Shown: positions 1-9,995 of the stretch, piece after piece | Position numbering within the stretch: position 1 is the stretch's first letter | Layout: every line of letters begins with the position of its first letter | From: Nitrospinales bacterium | Lineage (GTDB): Bacteria > Nitrospinota > Nitrospinia > Nitrospinales > VA-1 | Assembly (NCBI GenBank): GCA_965223795.1 | Contig: CBDCXL010000002.1 | Span: forward strand, 2,144,001-2,208,000 | Length of the DNA: 64,000 nucleotides | Reading direction: 5' to 3' | Program-made: the position numbers and the translations under genes | Notes under the pieces: model-generated | The model's input: the letters and a program-made list of their open reading frames with translations, nothing else | Databases searched by the model: none | Told to the model about the DNA's origin: nothing

Positions 1-569
1 TCGTCGAGCAGGATCATGTCCGGTTTCTGCAGCAGCAACCGGCACAGCGCCACCCGGCGCGCCTCGCCGCCGGAAAGGGTGCCCGCCTTCTGATCGTCGG
101 GAGGCAGCACCAGGGCGTCCATGGCCACGTTCACCTGGCGGTCCAGCTCCCAGCCGTCCACCGCGTCGATCTCATCCTGCAGCCGGCCCATCCTGTCGAG
201 GGCCTTCTGCATTTCGTCGTCGTCCATCGGCTCGGCCATCTTTGCGCTGACCTCGTTGAACTCGGCGATCAGGGTTTTGATTTTGGCGAACGCCTCCTCC
301 ACATTTTCGCGCACGGTCTTTTCCCCGTCGAGGACCGGTTCCTGGGGCAGGTAGCCGATGCGCGTGCCTTTCATCGGCTGGGCGCGGCCCTGAAATTCCT
401 TTTCCTCTCCCGCCATGATGCGGATCAGCGTCGATTTGCCGGCGCCGTTTTCGCCGACGACGCCGATCTTCGCGCCGTGGTAGAAGGAAAGGTGGATGTC
501 CTTGAAAACTTCCTTGCGGCCGTAGGTCTTGCTCAGCCCCTGCATGGTGAAAATGTATTCTCCGGTCAT
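1..569 (-). CDS. ettA: ABC-F family energy-dependent translational throttle protein EttA (5' part; runs off the window start)
   Basis: Manual translation from ATG at 569: MTGEYIFTMQGLSKTYGRKEVFKDIHLSFYHGAKIGVVGENGAGKST...LSGGEARRVALCRLLLQKPDMILLD. Walker A, ABC signature and typical EttA N-terminus. Confidence 0.9.
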   Translation of the reverse strand, partial: MTGEYIFTMQGLSKTYGRKEVFKDIHLSFYHGAKIGVVGENGAGKSTLIRIMAGEEKEFQGRAQPMKGTRIGYLPQEPVLDGEKTVRENVEEAFAKIKTLIAEFNEVSAKMAEPMDDDEMQKALDRMGRLQDEIDAVDGWELDRQVNVAMDALVLPPDDQKAGTLSGGEARRVALCRLLLQKPDMILLD

Positions 570-656
570 GGTGCCTCGATAATGGTGGGTGGACGCTTTG
601 CGTGATGCGCGTATTTAAGACGCTCCGGGCGGCAGCGTCAAGCGATTAAAAAGCGA

Positions 657-1325
657 TCAGCGCGGCGGGCGCTGCAGAATGATGAAGTCGACGCCGTCGT
701 TGTACACGATGCAAAGATCGAAGGCAGCCGCGATCCAGCGGAAGGTGGCGCTGCCGTAATAGGCGATGTGCGTCGGGTCGCGCTTGTAGTACCAGGAGGC
801 GAAATCGGCAAGGGAGAAGCCTTCGCCGTCCGCGGGATAAAAGCGCGTCATGATGGCGAGAAAACCGCCGGGAGCCAGCCGCGCGGTGAGATCCGCAAGC
901 TCGCGGCCCGGATGCTTGAAATGCTCGAAAGTTTCGGTGGAGACGATGCAGTCGAAACGGGCGGTGAGGTCCGTGTCCGGGAAAAAGTAGGGATCGTAGC
1001 CGGTGGCGCGATAGCCTTTGCGGGCGAGCAGGGTTTTCAGCACCGGCGCGTAGCCGCAGCCGTAGTCGAGGATGCTGCGGACGCCGGGGCAGTGTGCCTG
1101 AATGATCGCGATTTTCTTTTCGAACATGCGGACGTAGCCCTCGTTTTCCAGGCTGTTTTCGTGTTTGAGGTAGTGGCTTTTTTCCGTTTCGGCCGAAACG
1201 TGGTGTCGCGGCGGCACGAAGATCAGCCGGCAGCGGCCACAGAGCCAGTATTCACGGTTCTCTCCGGTGTGGACGGAGCGCGGGGCGGAATCGCTGTGAC
1301 AGAGCGGGCACATGGTTTGCGACAT
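657..1325 (-). CDS. Class I SAM-dependent methyltransferase with N-terminal Cys-rich (CxxC...CxxC) segment
   Basis: ILDYGCG SAM-binding motif, ETFEHF and WYYKRDPTH motifs; N-terminal CPLC/CGRC. Confidence 0.8.
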   Translation of the reverse strand: MSQTMCPLCHSDSAPRSVHTGENREYWLCGRCRLIFVPPRHHVSAETEKSHYLKHENSLENEGYVRMFEKKIAIIQAHCPGVRSILDYGCGYAPVLKTLLARKGYRATGYDPYFFPDTDLTARFDCIVSTETFEHFKHPGRELADLTARLAPGGFLAIMTRFYPADGEGFSLADFASWYYKRDPTHIAYYGSATFRWIAAAFDLCIVYNDGVDFIILQRPPR

Positions 1326-1383
1326 CGGCGGGCCTTTATCAGATTTTTGCATTAGCCAGCTTGTTGCGAGATTTAGGGCCTAT

Positions 1384-1443
1384 TGTCACCCTGAGCTTGT
1401 CGAAGGGTGCAGGGAATCATGCTTCGGCAGGCTCAGCATGACA
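1384..1443. repeat. REP/REPIN-like inverted repeat pair
   Basis: TGTCACCCTGAGCTTGTCGAAGGG (1384-1407) and GCTTCGGCAGGCTCAGCATGACA (1421-1443) are imperfect inverted arms. The same arm occurs at 43981-44005 and inverted at 45418-45442. Confidence 0.8.
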
Positions 1444-1596
1444 GGTCATCGGCTTATGAAAAAAATTTCATCCTCGCGGGAATCGGGCAAGGGGTTATTT
1501 TACTTGATTCTGCCCGGTCTCCGGCTATAATCACACGCAACGAAATTCAGGTGAAGCGTTGTTTTCAATAACCAAAGAAACTTGAGGGTTTGCTGC

Positions 1597-2169
1597 ATGC
1601 CGGTTTATGTGAGCGGAAACGGGATTCGGCCCGGTTTTGTCATCAAATACAACAACTCGCTGTACAAGGTGTTGAGCGCCGAGCACCGGACTCCCGGCAA
1701 CAAACGCGCGTTTTTGCAGGCCAAGCTGCGCAACCTCAAGGACGGAACGCAGCGGGATGTCAAATTCCGCGCCGATGAGGAAATCGAGCGCGCGGTTATG
1801 GAGCAGACGGAAATGGAGTACCTGTACAACGACCCCTCCGGCTATTGCTTCATGAACTGCGAAACCTACGAGCAGACGTTTTTTGAAGAGACTTTCGTGG
1901 AAGACGCGAAAAAATTTCTGCTGCCGAACACGCGGGTGCAGATCGAGTTCTGCGAAGGCGAGCCGATCGGTGTTTCGTTTCCCGAAACGGTGGACCTGGA
2001 AGTGACCGACACCGAGCCGCCCATGAAAGGCGCCACCGCCTCCGGCTCGGGAAAACCCGCAACTCTGGAAACCGGACTGGTCGTGACGGTGCCCCAGTTC
2101 ATCCAGATCGGCGAAAAAGTGCGCGTTTCAACGAGTTCGGGAGAATACCTGGAGCGCGTGAAAAACTGA
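1597..2169 (+). CDS. efp: Elongation factor P
   Basis: IRPGFVI...HRTPGNKRAF...KGATASGSGKPATLETGLVVTVPQFI...GEYLER, typical EF-P domains. Confidence 0.95.
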   Translation: MPVYVSGNGIRPGFVIKYNNSLYKVLSAEHRTPGNKRAFLQAKLRNLKDGTQRDVKFRADEEIERAVMEQTEMEYLYNDPSGYCFMNCETYEQTFFEETFVEDAKKFLLPNTRVQIEFCEGEPIGVSFPETVDLEVTDTEPPMKGATASGSGKPATLETGLVVTVPQFIQIGEKVRVSTSSGEYLERVKN

Positions 2170-2570
2170 TTCCGTTTCTGTTGCCGATGCAGGACGCTGG
2201 CGATGCCCCCCATCTCCCGCCTGTGCCGAAGGTTTTTTGACCTTTTTTCAGTTTCTGTATTATGCTCTGAAAATGGCTGGTCGATTTGCAGTCCTGAAAC
2301 GCCTCATTAATTGCTAAAAACCATTGATTCAAAATCAAGTCCGGCTGAAGCGCGCAGAGCGGAAGATCGACTCAAAACGCGCTGATAACAAGTGCGGGAT
2401 GCAGGCGGGGCGATTGCAGCAGACGGTCCGTTGTTGCAGGATGTGAGCGCAGTTCATTTCATTTGACATCGATTGGGGATTTAACTATATTGAAAAATCG
2501 ATAGTTGTGTGATGAGTGACAGTCATTGGCACAAGAATCCCGCCCCACCAATCCAGCCAGAGGTTCTTTC

Positions 2571-3332
2571 GTGGAAAATCCCATCAATGAGCAACCATTG
2601 AGTGTTGTGGACCTCGTGATCCAGTCCACACCGATGGCCAAGGCCGTACTGTTGTTGCTGCTCGTTTTTTCGATCGTTTCCTGGGCTATCATTCTGAGCA
2701 AGTTTTTCGTCTACCGGGCAGCGCGCCGCGAGGACGACCGGTTTCTTGCCAATTTTTCCAAATCCGAGAACCTGACGCATATCTACAACTATTCCCGCGA
2801 GCTTCGATACAGCCCGATTGCCCGGGTTTTCCTGACCGGCTACCGGGAACTGTTCCTGTTTCAGGACATGGCCAAAAAGGAACGGGACCGCCGGGGCGAG
2901 TCCCCCTCGCCGCATGGTGAACCCCTCACAGGCAAGGATATCAAGGGGATCGGCCTGGTGCTCAACAAGGCGATCAACCGCGAGGTGATGCGGCTTTCCA
3001 AGCGGCTGGATTTTCTCGCCACCACCGGCAGCACGGCGCCGTTCATCGGATTGTTCGGCACCGTCTGGGGCATCATGCATTCGTTCCGCTCGATCGGCCT
3101 GCAGGGCACCGCCAGCATCGGCGGCGTGGCGCCGGGAATCGCCGAAGCGCTGATCGCCACGGCGGCGGGACTTGTGGCAGCCATCCCGGCTGTCATATTC
3201 TATAATTATCTGAGCGACAAAATCCGGCTGTTCACCAGCATGATGGACGATTTCTCCCACGATTTCGTTTACATGGTGGAGAAGAACTTCATGCCGGAGC
3301 CTGAAAAAGCGAAGACGTTCGACTTTTCCTGA
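2571..3332 (+). CDS. tolQ: Tol-Pal system protein TolQ (MotA/TolQ/ExbB family)
   Basis: FLATTGSTAPFIGLFGTVWGIM and VAPGIAEALIATAAGL motifs; first gene of tol cluster. GTG start at 2571 assumed (ORF opens at 2526). Confidence 0.92.
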   Translation: MENPINEQPLSVVDLVIQSTPMAKAVLLLLLVFSIVSWAIILSKFFVYRAARREDDRFLANFSKSENLTHIYNYSRELRYSPIARVFLTGYRELFLFQDMAKKERDRRGESPSPHGEPLTGKDIKGIGLVLNKAINREVMRLSKRLDFLATTGSTAPFIGLFGTVWGIMHSFRSIGLQGTASIGGVAPGIAEALIATAAGLVAAIPAVIFYNYLSDKIRLFTSMMDDFSHDFVYMVEKNFMPEPEKAKTFDFS

Positions 3333-3380
3333 TCCTGACCGTTTCTCAGGATCGTTCACCCGTAATGAGAGGAAGGTTCG

Positions 3381-3782
3381 ATGTTAAACCGCAGGCGCCC
3401 CATGATGTCCGAGATCAACGTGACGCCCTTTGTGGACGTCATGCTGGTTCTGCTCGTTATTTTCATGATCACGGCGCCACTGATGCAGCACGGCGTCGAC
3501 GTGCAGCTGCCGAAAGAAAGCATCGCGCCGGTTGAAGTCAAAGACATCCCTACCGTTTCGCTGCAGAGCAACAAGCGCATCTTCTGGAACAAGGATGAAG
3601 TGCCCAACCTGGTGGAGCTGAGCCGCAACCTGGAGACCTACCTCAAGAACAACAAACAGGGGGATGTCTATCTCAATGCGGATAAAACTCTGGATTATGG
3701 ATTCGTCATGACGGTGATGGCGACGTTGAAACGGGCGGGAGTCCAGAACATAGGCATGGTGACCGACCCTTCGGACTCATGA
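3381..3782 (+). CDS. tolR: Tol-Pal system protein TolR (ExbD/TolR family)
   Basis: [24 protein letters not shown] motif. Confidence 0.92.
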   Translation: MLNRRRPMMSEINVTPFVDVMLVLLVIFMITAPLMQHGVDVQLPKESIAPVEVKDIPTVSLQSNKRIFWNKDEVPNLVELSRNLETYLKNNKQGDVYLNADKTLDYGFVMTVMATLKRAGVQNIGMVTDPSDS

Positions 3783-5176
3783 GGTTACAGTTTACAAGAT
3801 CATGGGATTTCAACCAGATGCTTGTGGCCTCGGTGTTCGGCCATTTCATGTTCATGACTCTGGTTCTGTTCATTCCACAAACCGTGAAGAATGAAATCGT
3901 GATCAAGCCGGCGCTGATGGTGAAGCTGGTGGAGAAGCCCACCGGCCAGCCAAAAAAGAAAACACCACCGCCCAAAAAAGTCCGCAAGCCTGAACCGGTG
4001 AAACGGGTGGCGGAGAAAAAACAACCGCCGAAACCGCAGCCCAAGCCGCCGGAACCGAAAGCGGCGAAGCCTAAATTTCAACCGAAAGAAGTGACGCCGA
4101 TTTCTGAATCCTTGAAATTCGATCCGCTGCCGTCGGCCACGGTGCAGACTCCGGACGCATCGCAGAAAATCGTGAACCAGCTCGATCAGCTCGAAGGCAA
4201 GCAAAAGCCGGGCCTGATCGAAGAGCTCGACCAGCTCGCCAAACTGGAAGCGCAGAAACCGAAGAAAAAAACGCCCGCTCCGAAACCGCCGCCGCTGCAA
4301 GAGGACAAGGTGCACGAAGCGGATGTGGCGCCGCCAAAAAAACGCGAACCCGAGCCGAAAGCCACCATACCGGCCCCGCCGGACCCGCTGGCGGATTTTG
4401 AGCAGCTAAAAATGCAAAGCGAGCTCGATCCGGTGCCGCAGGAACCTGTGGAGACCCAGGAGACCCCGGAAAAAAAAGTGTCCTCTCTTAAGGAACTCGA
4501 ATTCGCAGCGCTGGAGAGACCGACGCTGGAGGTCAAAAAAAAGCAGAGTGAAAAATCGACGGTGGATCTTTTGAAGGAGCTGGATGAACTGAAAGCGCCG
4601 CATCCCAACATGCACAAACCGAGCGAGAAACCGGCTTCCCGCCCGCAGGCCGCGCTCGACGCCAAACTGGATTCGGGGGAAGTCGAACTGATCCTCAAGA
4701 AACTCGATACATTGGAGGCCGACAAACAGGAAGTGCAGATCGACGTGGCCAATCAGAAAACGCTGGCCATGGAGTTTGAGAGCGATATCTGGAAAGTCCA
4801 GGTGCCGGAGGCCGAGGAGCTGTCGGCGCCGTCGGTGGCGGCGGTGGAGGGCGGTTCCCCCATCGCTTCGGAAGGCGAGCCGGATCCGGATATTCTCGCG
4901 CAGTACATCGGCCTGGTGCGGCAGAAAGTTTATAAAAAATGGTATGAGCCTCTGGGACGAAAGTACAATAATAAAGAAGTGGTGGTCTTGCTGACCATCT
5001 ACTCCAGGGGCAATATCGACCGGCCCGTGATCGACAACAGTTCCGGGGTGGACATTCTCGACACCCTGGCTGTCCGCGCGGTGATGGAGGCGGAACCCTT
5101 TCCTCCATTTCCGGAAGAATTGAAATACCCGAATCTCAACATCACCATTCACTTTAAATATGTTCCGGAACCTTAA
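3779..5176 (+). CDS. tolA: TolA/TonB-like energy transducer
   Basis: N-terminal TM helix with SxxxH (SVFGH), long Pro/Lys/Glu-rich linker, C-terminal TonB_C-like domain (SSGVDILDTLAVRAVMEAEPFPPFP); lies between tolR and tolB. Confidence 0.85.
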   Translation: MRLQFTRSWDFNQMLVASVFGHFMFMTLVLFIPQTVKNEIVIKPALMVKLVEKPTGQPKKKTPPPKKVRKPEPVKRVAEKKQPPKPQPKPPEPKAAKPKFQPKEVTPISESLKFDPLPSATVQTPDASQKIVNQLDQLEGKQKPGLIEELDQLAKLEAQKPKKKTPAPKPPPLQEDKVHEADVAPPKKREPEPKATIPAPPDPLADFEQLKMQSELDPVPQEPVETQETPEKKVSSLKELEFAALERPTLEVKKKQSEKSTVDLLKELDELKAPHPNMHKPSEKPASRPQAALDAKLDSGEVELILKKLDTLEADKQEVQIDVANQKTLAMEFESDIWKVQVPEAEELSAPSVAAVEGGSPIASEGEPDPDILAQYIGLVRQKVYKKWYEPLGRKYNNKEVVVLLTIYSRGNIDRPVIDNSSGVDILDTLAVRAVMEAEPFPPFPEELKYPNLNITIHFKYVPEP

Positions 5177-5180
5177 ACCC

Positions 5181-6512
5181 ATGATGAAAAAAATAATCCT
5201 GCTGTTTTCGATTTTCGTTCTGTGTTTCCCCGGTCTGGCTTTTGCGGATTCCAAAATCCGCATCGATCTGGAACGGGCAACCCGTCAGAAGGTGAACATT
5301 GCGGTGCCGCCCTTCATCCTGGAGGAAGGTCATGAGGACAAGCAGGGGGTCGGCCGCGAGGGCTGGAACATCATGGTGAACGATCTTCAGCTTTCCGAAC
5401 TGTTTGTGGTCGTGGATCCTTCCTCCTACGATTCGCTGGAACGGGCCGAGCGGTCCAACCCCAAGGTTTCCTACGCCAGCTGGAATCAGGTGGGGGCGCA
5501 ATGGCTCCTGCGCACCAATTACAAGGTCGATCCGTTCGACGATTCGTTCAGCGTGACCTTCAGGCTGTACGACACCGCGACCAAGCGGTTCATTCTGGGC
5601 AAGCGTTACACCGCCACGCGCAAGTTTCTGCGCCGCATCATCCACCGCTATGCGGACGAGGTGGTGAAGCAGTTGACGGGCCGGCGCGGTGTAGCGGAAA
5701 CCAAGATCGCGTTTCTCTCGCAGGTGGGCGACAACAAGGAAGTGTTCACCGTCGATTTCGACGGCCACAACCTGAGAAAGATCACCAACGACAAGAGCAT
5801 CATCCTGACGCCGGCCTGGTCGCCGGACGGCGGGTGGATCGTGTACACCTCTTATGCGGCGCGCAATCCGGATCTGGTCATGATCGGCGCCTCGGGCAAA
5901 AAACGCAGGACGCTGCTTAAGCTCCCCGGCCTCAACGCGGCGCCGGCCTGGTCGCCCAACGGGCAGCGGATCGCCATGGTGCTCAGCAAGGACCGCAATT
6001 CAGAGATCTATGTGCTGGAGAAGAATTTCGGGCTCAAGCGGCTGACCCGTCATTTCAACATCGACACCTCGCCCACCTGGTCGCCGAAAGGCGACCAGAT
6101 CGCCTTCACGTCGGACCGTTCCGGTACGGGAGCGCCGCAGATCTACATCATGAACGTGAAGGACGGCGACCGCAGCGGCGTCAAGCGCATCTCCTTCGGC
6201 TCCAGCTACAACGACAATCCGGCCTGGTCGCCCAACGGCGACAAGATCGCCTACACCTCCCGGGTCGGGCGCAAATTTCAGATCAAGATCTACGACTTCA
6301 ACACCCGTAAAAGCGAGCAGTTCACCACAGGAGCCGGAAGCTGCGAACAACCGACCTGGTCCCCGGACGGACGTTTCATCGTGTATCGGCGCAGGGAAGG
6401 CGGGAAACTGAACGTTTTCATCAAATCCATCCACGGAGGCAAGGAGCGTCAATTGTCCTTCATGGAGGGCGGCGGGCACAGTCCGGCCTGGTCTCCCTAC
6501 GCCAAACGCTGA
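5181..6512 (+). CDS. tolB: Tol-Pal beta-propeller protein TolB
   Basis: Signal peptide, TolB_N region and repeated PAWSPDG/PTWSP (PD40) motifs. Confidence 0.95.
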   Translation: MMKKIILLFSIFVLCFPGLAFADSKIRIDLERATRQKVNIAVPPFILEEGHEDKQGVGREGWNIMVNDLQLSELFVVVDPSSYDSLERAERSNPKVSYASWNQVGAQWLLRTNYKVDPFDDSFSVTFRLYDTATKRFILGKRYTATRKFLRRIIHRYADEVVKQLTGRRGVAETKIAFLSQVGDNKEVFTVDFDGHNLRKITNDKSIILTPAWSPDGGWIVYTSYAARNPDLVMIGASGKKRRTLLKLPGLNAAPAWSPNGQRIAMVLSKDRNSEIYVLEKNFGLKRLTRHFNIDTSPTWSPKGDQIAFTSDRSGTGAPQIYIMNVKDGDRSGVKRISFGSSYNDNPAWSPNGDKIAYTSRVGRKFQIKIYDFNTRKSEQFTTGAGSCEQPTWSPDGRFIVYRRREGGKLNVFIKSIHGGKERQLSFMEGGGHSPAWSPYAKR

Positions 6513-6896
6513 ATTTTTCCAACCCGTCCGGGCAAAAAATTGGCTTGATCCGTTTTACATTTATTGTATCTTTGAGGGGAGGGCCCGTTTGAGAGAAATC
6601 CTTTTTTTATGGGAGTTTAAGCTCCCGATCCGGTTCCCCCCGCCGACCGGTGAAATGATAACATTTATAAAATCAAGCAGTTCCTGAGCAGCGGAATTGA
6701 AAAAAAAGGTTAAACAGGGTCGATTATTTGATATAATTTAGGTATAATTTTGGATCGGCCCATTTGGTCCTGAATTTACATAATCAGAATGAAATCTGTG
6801 ATTTGTCGGGCTCTTACTAGGGAGACAGGGCGCGATGACGAATTTTAAATAAGCTGGTACATTAATACTATGGGGACAACAACCACGAGGGTACAA

Positions 6897-7781
6897 ATGA
6901 GTTTAAAACAGAAAGGATTCAGCCTATTTTGTGTTTTGTTGGCAATAGGATTGATGGCGGGGTGCTCGAAAAAGCTCATGCCGCCGGAAATCGAAGCGTC
7001 CGGTTCGGTCGCCGACAGCGAACTTGAGGAAGTGGCCGATTCTTCAGGTGCGGAACAGGGTTTTGTCCCGGAAGACGATTTCCCGATCGGCGGATCCGCC
7101 AACAGCGGGAACAACGACTTTGCGGCCGATCCCAACGAGTCGGCTGCCGACGCGACGGGCGGCTTTGACGAGTCCGATTTCGTCCGGGAAGAAAACCTGT
7201 CGGAAACCGGTGTCGCATCCGCCGCGGACGATTCCTCCATCTTTTCGGAATCCGCCGATGCCGCGATGACCTCCGACTCCATGGGCGGGGAGCCCGGAAA
7301 CGGCTCTTCCGGATCCTTCGGACAGGGGAATCCCTTCGCCAGCGCTGAAGATCCGATTCAGAGCGAGGACGTGACGATGCGCGGCTCCGATTCCATGATG
7401 GACGACAGCGGAATCGACGAAGCGCGCCTGTATTCGTTCCGGCCGACCTCGGAGCTCAAGGACGTGCATTTCGAGTTCGACAAGTACGACCTGGACGAGC
7501 GCTCCAAAAGCGTGCTGAAGCAGAACGCGGATTTTCTCAAGCAGCACCCGAACATCAAGGTTGAGATCCAGGGTCATTGCGATGAGCGCGGGACCAACAA
7601 TTACAACCTGGCGCTCGGACAAAGGCGGGCGGATTCCACCAAGCGGTTTCTGGCGTCTCTGGGAATTTCGGAGAACCGGTTGCACGTGATCAGCTACGGC
7701 GAAGAAAAACCGTTCTGCCTGGAAAGCAATGAAGGCTGCTGGTGGCGGAACCGGCGCGCCCACTTTATGGTTGCTGAGTGA
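6897..7781 (+). CDS. pal: Peptidoglycan-associated lipoprotein Pal with long acidic N-terminal linker
   Basis: Lipobox MAGC; C-terminal OmpA-like domain VHFEFDKY...IQGHCDERGTNNYNLALGQRRA...SYGEEKP...NRRA. Confidence 0.9.
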   Translation: MSLKQKGFSLFCVLLAIGLMAGCSKKLMPPEIEASGSVADSELEEVADSSGAEQGFVPEDDFPIGGSANSGNNDFAADPNESAADATGGFDESDFVREENLSETGVASAADDSSIFSESADAAMTSDSMGGEPGNGSSGSFGQGNPFASAEDPIQSEDVTMRGSDSMMDDSGIDEARLYSFRPTSELKDVHFEFDKYDLDERSKSVLKQNADFLKQHPNIKVEIQGHCDERGTNNYNLALGQRRADSTKRFLASLGISENRLHVISYGEEKPFCLESNEGCWWRNRRAHFMVAE

Positions 7782-7947
7782 GCCGGGCGTCTGCTAGAAT
7801 CTTCATCATAAGCGAACTTCAGGATCTGATCGTAACGGAGGCTGCTCCGTTGCGATCAATCTTTTTGTTCTCGTTTTACTCAAGAGGCCGCGTTCCGCAG
7901 TTCGAAACCGCGGACTCCCCTAAATTCAAATTTTTAGAGATCGACTC

Positions 7948-9852
7948 ATGAAAGACCTGCGAAACTTTCTGCTTGGTTTCATTTTCATGGGATTTCTTAT
8001 CCTGCCTGCTCCCATCGCCTCCGCCGGGTTGTTCGACAACGACGAGGAAAACTGGCGGCGTATTTTCGGCGAAATCAAAAAAATCAATGCCCGGCTCGTG
8101 TCCCTGGAAATGGGCAAGCTGAAAGCCATTCAGGGCGTCGAAGAGGACCTTCTCAGGCAGGTTCAGGACATCAAAACCATCCTTCCCGATCTGCAGGGCA
8201 GCGTGGAGCAGGGGCAGTCCGACCTTGCGGCTTACGTCAACGCCACCAATAAAAAGCTCGACCAGATCGAGGCGCAGATCCGTTCCGAGATCGCCAAAAG
8301 CTTCGCCACCAAAATGGCCAGTGTGGAAAAGCAGATGACCAGCCTCAACCAGCATCTGACTCAGCAGGTGGACGCGAACGAAAAATTTCAGACCAGCATG
8401 GCCGGGCAGTTCGACGCCCTGAAGAAGTCGCTGGCCGGAGACATGGACAAGTTCGCCAAGCTCAACCAGCAGCAGTTTCAGGATCTTTCCAAGTCGAACA
8501 ACGAGTCTTTGGTGAAGGTCGTGGCCCAGCTCAAGACCCAGACCCAGACGCTCGACAAGGCCAACGAAATCTTCAAGTCGGAGCTGATCCCCGCCATCAT
8601 CAAGCAGAACGAAAAGGCGCGGCAGGTGCTGCTCGCTGAAATCAGCAAGTCGAACAATGAAAACAACAAGGCGGTGGTGGCCGGGTTTTCGGAAATCAAT
8701 CAAAAAAACCAGAAGCTGGTGGAGATCCTGGAAAAAAGTCTCAAGGAAGACCAGGAAAGCCGGCAGAAGATCGAAGTCATCTTCAGCAACATGGGGCAGA
8801 CCAACGACAACGTCATGCGGGCGCATGAGAATATCGTCAAGCTGAAAGACAGCCTGATCGCCCAATTGGACAGCATCTCCCAGGTCATGGACACGCTGTC
8901 CAAGGTACAGGAAAATCTGGTCACCCAGTCCAGCACCGGTTCGCAGAAAATCGAGCTGGTCAACAAGAACCTGATGGTGGCCGACGACAAGATCAACAAA
9001 CTGGCCGAGAGCCTCAAGGGCGTCAACGCGCAGAGCGCATCCTCGGCGGCGCTTCTGGCGGCGATCCACGACAAGCTGGATCTTCTTAAAGGCGCGGGCC
9101 TGCAAAACGATCAGAAGGTCGACAAGCTCATGGGCACGTCCACTCAGATGACCGCCCGCACCACCGAAATCAGCCAGTCGCTGCAGAATTTCGAGAAATC
9201 GCTGTCGACCCTGGAAGCCGGACTCGGCAACGTCGATCTGGCGAACACCAAGCTTTCCAAACTCATCGACATCCTGAAATCCATGGCTTCCGAGCAGGGC
9301 AAGCTGGTGCAGGTTCTCGCCACCCAGGGTGAGATCAAGCAGTCCCAGGGACAGGTGCTCAAGGCGCAGGTGGAGTTGAACAAGGCGCAGGTGCAGATGA
9401 GCAAGGCGCAGGCGGATATGAGCCGGGCGCAGGTGCAGATGAACCAGGATCAGTCCGGCTTCACCAAGCATCAGCAGGAGATCAAGAACACCCAGCTTGA
9501 GATGAACAAGGTGCAGGCCGAGATCCGCAAGGCCCAGGCGGAAATGCTGCGCGTGCAGAAGGAAACCAAACAGGCGCAGGCTGAATTGCGCCAGGCGCAG
9601 TTGGATATGAAGCGCGCCCAGTCTCAGGTGCTCAAGACCCAGGCCGAAATCATCCGCACGCAGGATGAGATTGTCAAAACCCAGTCCGATATCAAAAAGA
9701 CGCAGATTTCCAGCCAGAAAGCGGAACTGGAGACCAAGAAGGTTTTAAGCGAGCTCTCGCGCAAGGCCAACGTCAACATCTCCCGCAACGACGCCATCCG
9801 CAAAACCCTGGCCAGTCTTGCCAAAGGGCCTGCTTCCGCGAAAGCCCCCTGA
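7948..9852 (+). CDS. Secreted long coiled-coil protein in the CpoB/YbgF position
   Basis: Signal peptide ending ASA, mature start GLFDNDEE, then near-continuous Q/K/L-rich heptads; no TPR visible. Confidence 0.75.
   Translation: MKDLRNFLLGFIFMGFLILPAPIASAGLFDNDEENWRRIFGEIKKINARLVSLEMGKLKAIQGVEEDLLRQVQDIKTILPDLQGSVEQGQSDLAAYVNATNKKLDQIEAQIRSEIAKSFATKMASVEKQMTSLNQHLTQQVDANEKFQTSMAGQFDALKKSLAGDMDKFAKLNQQQFQDLSKSNNESLVKVVAQLKTQTQTLDKANEIFKSELIPAIIKQNEKARQVLLAEISKSNNENNKAVVAGFSEINQKNQKLVEILEKSLKEDQESRQKIEVIFSNMGQTNDNVMRAHENIVKLKDSLIAQLDSISQVMDTLSKVQENLVTQSSTGSQKIELVNKNLMVADDKINKLAESLKGVNAQSASSAALLAAIHDKLDLLKGAGLQNDQKVDKLMGTSTQMTARTTEISQSLQNFEKSLSTLEAGLGNVDLANTKLSKLIDILKSMASEQGKLVQVLATQGEIKQSQGQVLKAQVELNKAQVQMSKAQADMSRAQVQMNQDQSGFTKHQQEIKNTQLEMNKVQAEIRKAQAEMLRVQKETKQAQAELRQAQLDMKRAQSQVLKTQAEIIRTQDEIVKTQSDIKKTQISSQKAELETKKVLSELSRKANVNISRNDAIRKTLASLAKGPASAKAP
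9361..9444 (+). repeat. Intragenic 21-bp tandem repeat (4 degenerate copies) encoding heptads
   Basis: AAGGCGCAGGTGGAGTTGAAC / AAGGCGCAGGTGCAGATGAGC / AAGGCGCAGGCGGATATGAGC / CGGGCGCAGGTGCAGATGAAC = KAQVELN KAQVQMS KAQADMS RAQVQMN. Confidence 0.85.
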
Positions 9853-9995
9853 CCGCAGGTGGACCGCGCTGCCCGGCGCCTCTTAATTTTTCACTCCCGC
9901 TTCGGCGCACTGCCGACTGCGTTTTGCATCGGCAGGAATCTATCACCGGACGCACTGCCACCATGCGGTTTTAATCTCCCGCCTGTTTCCCGTTT

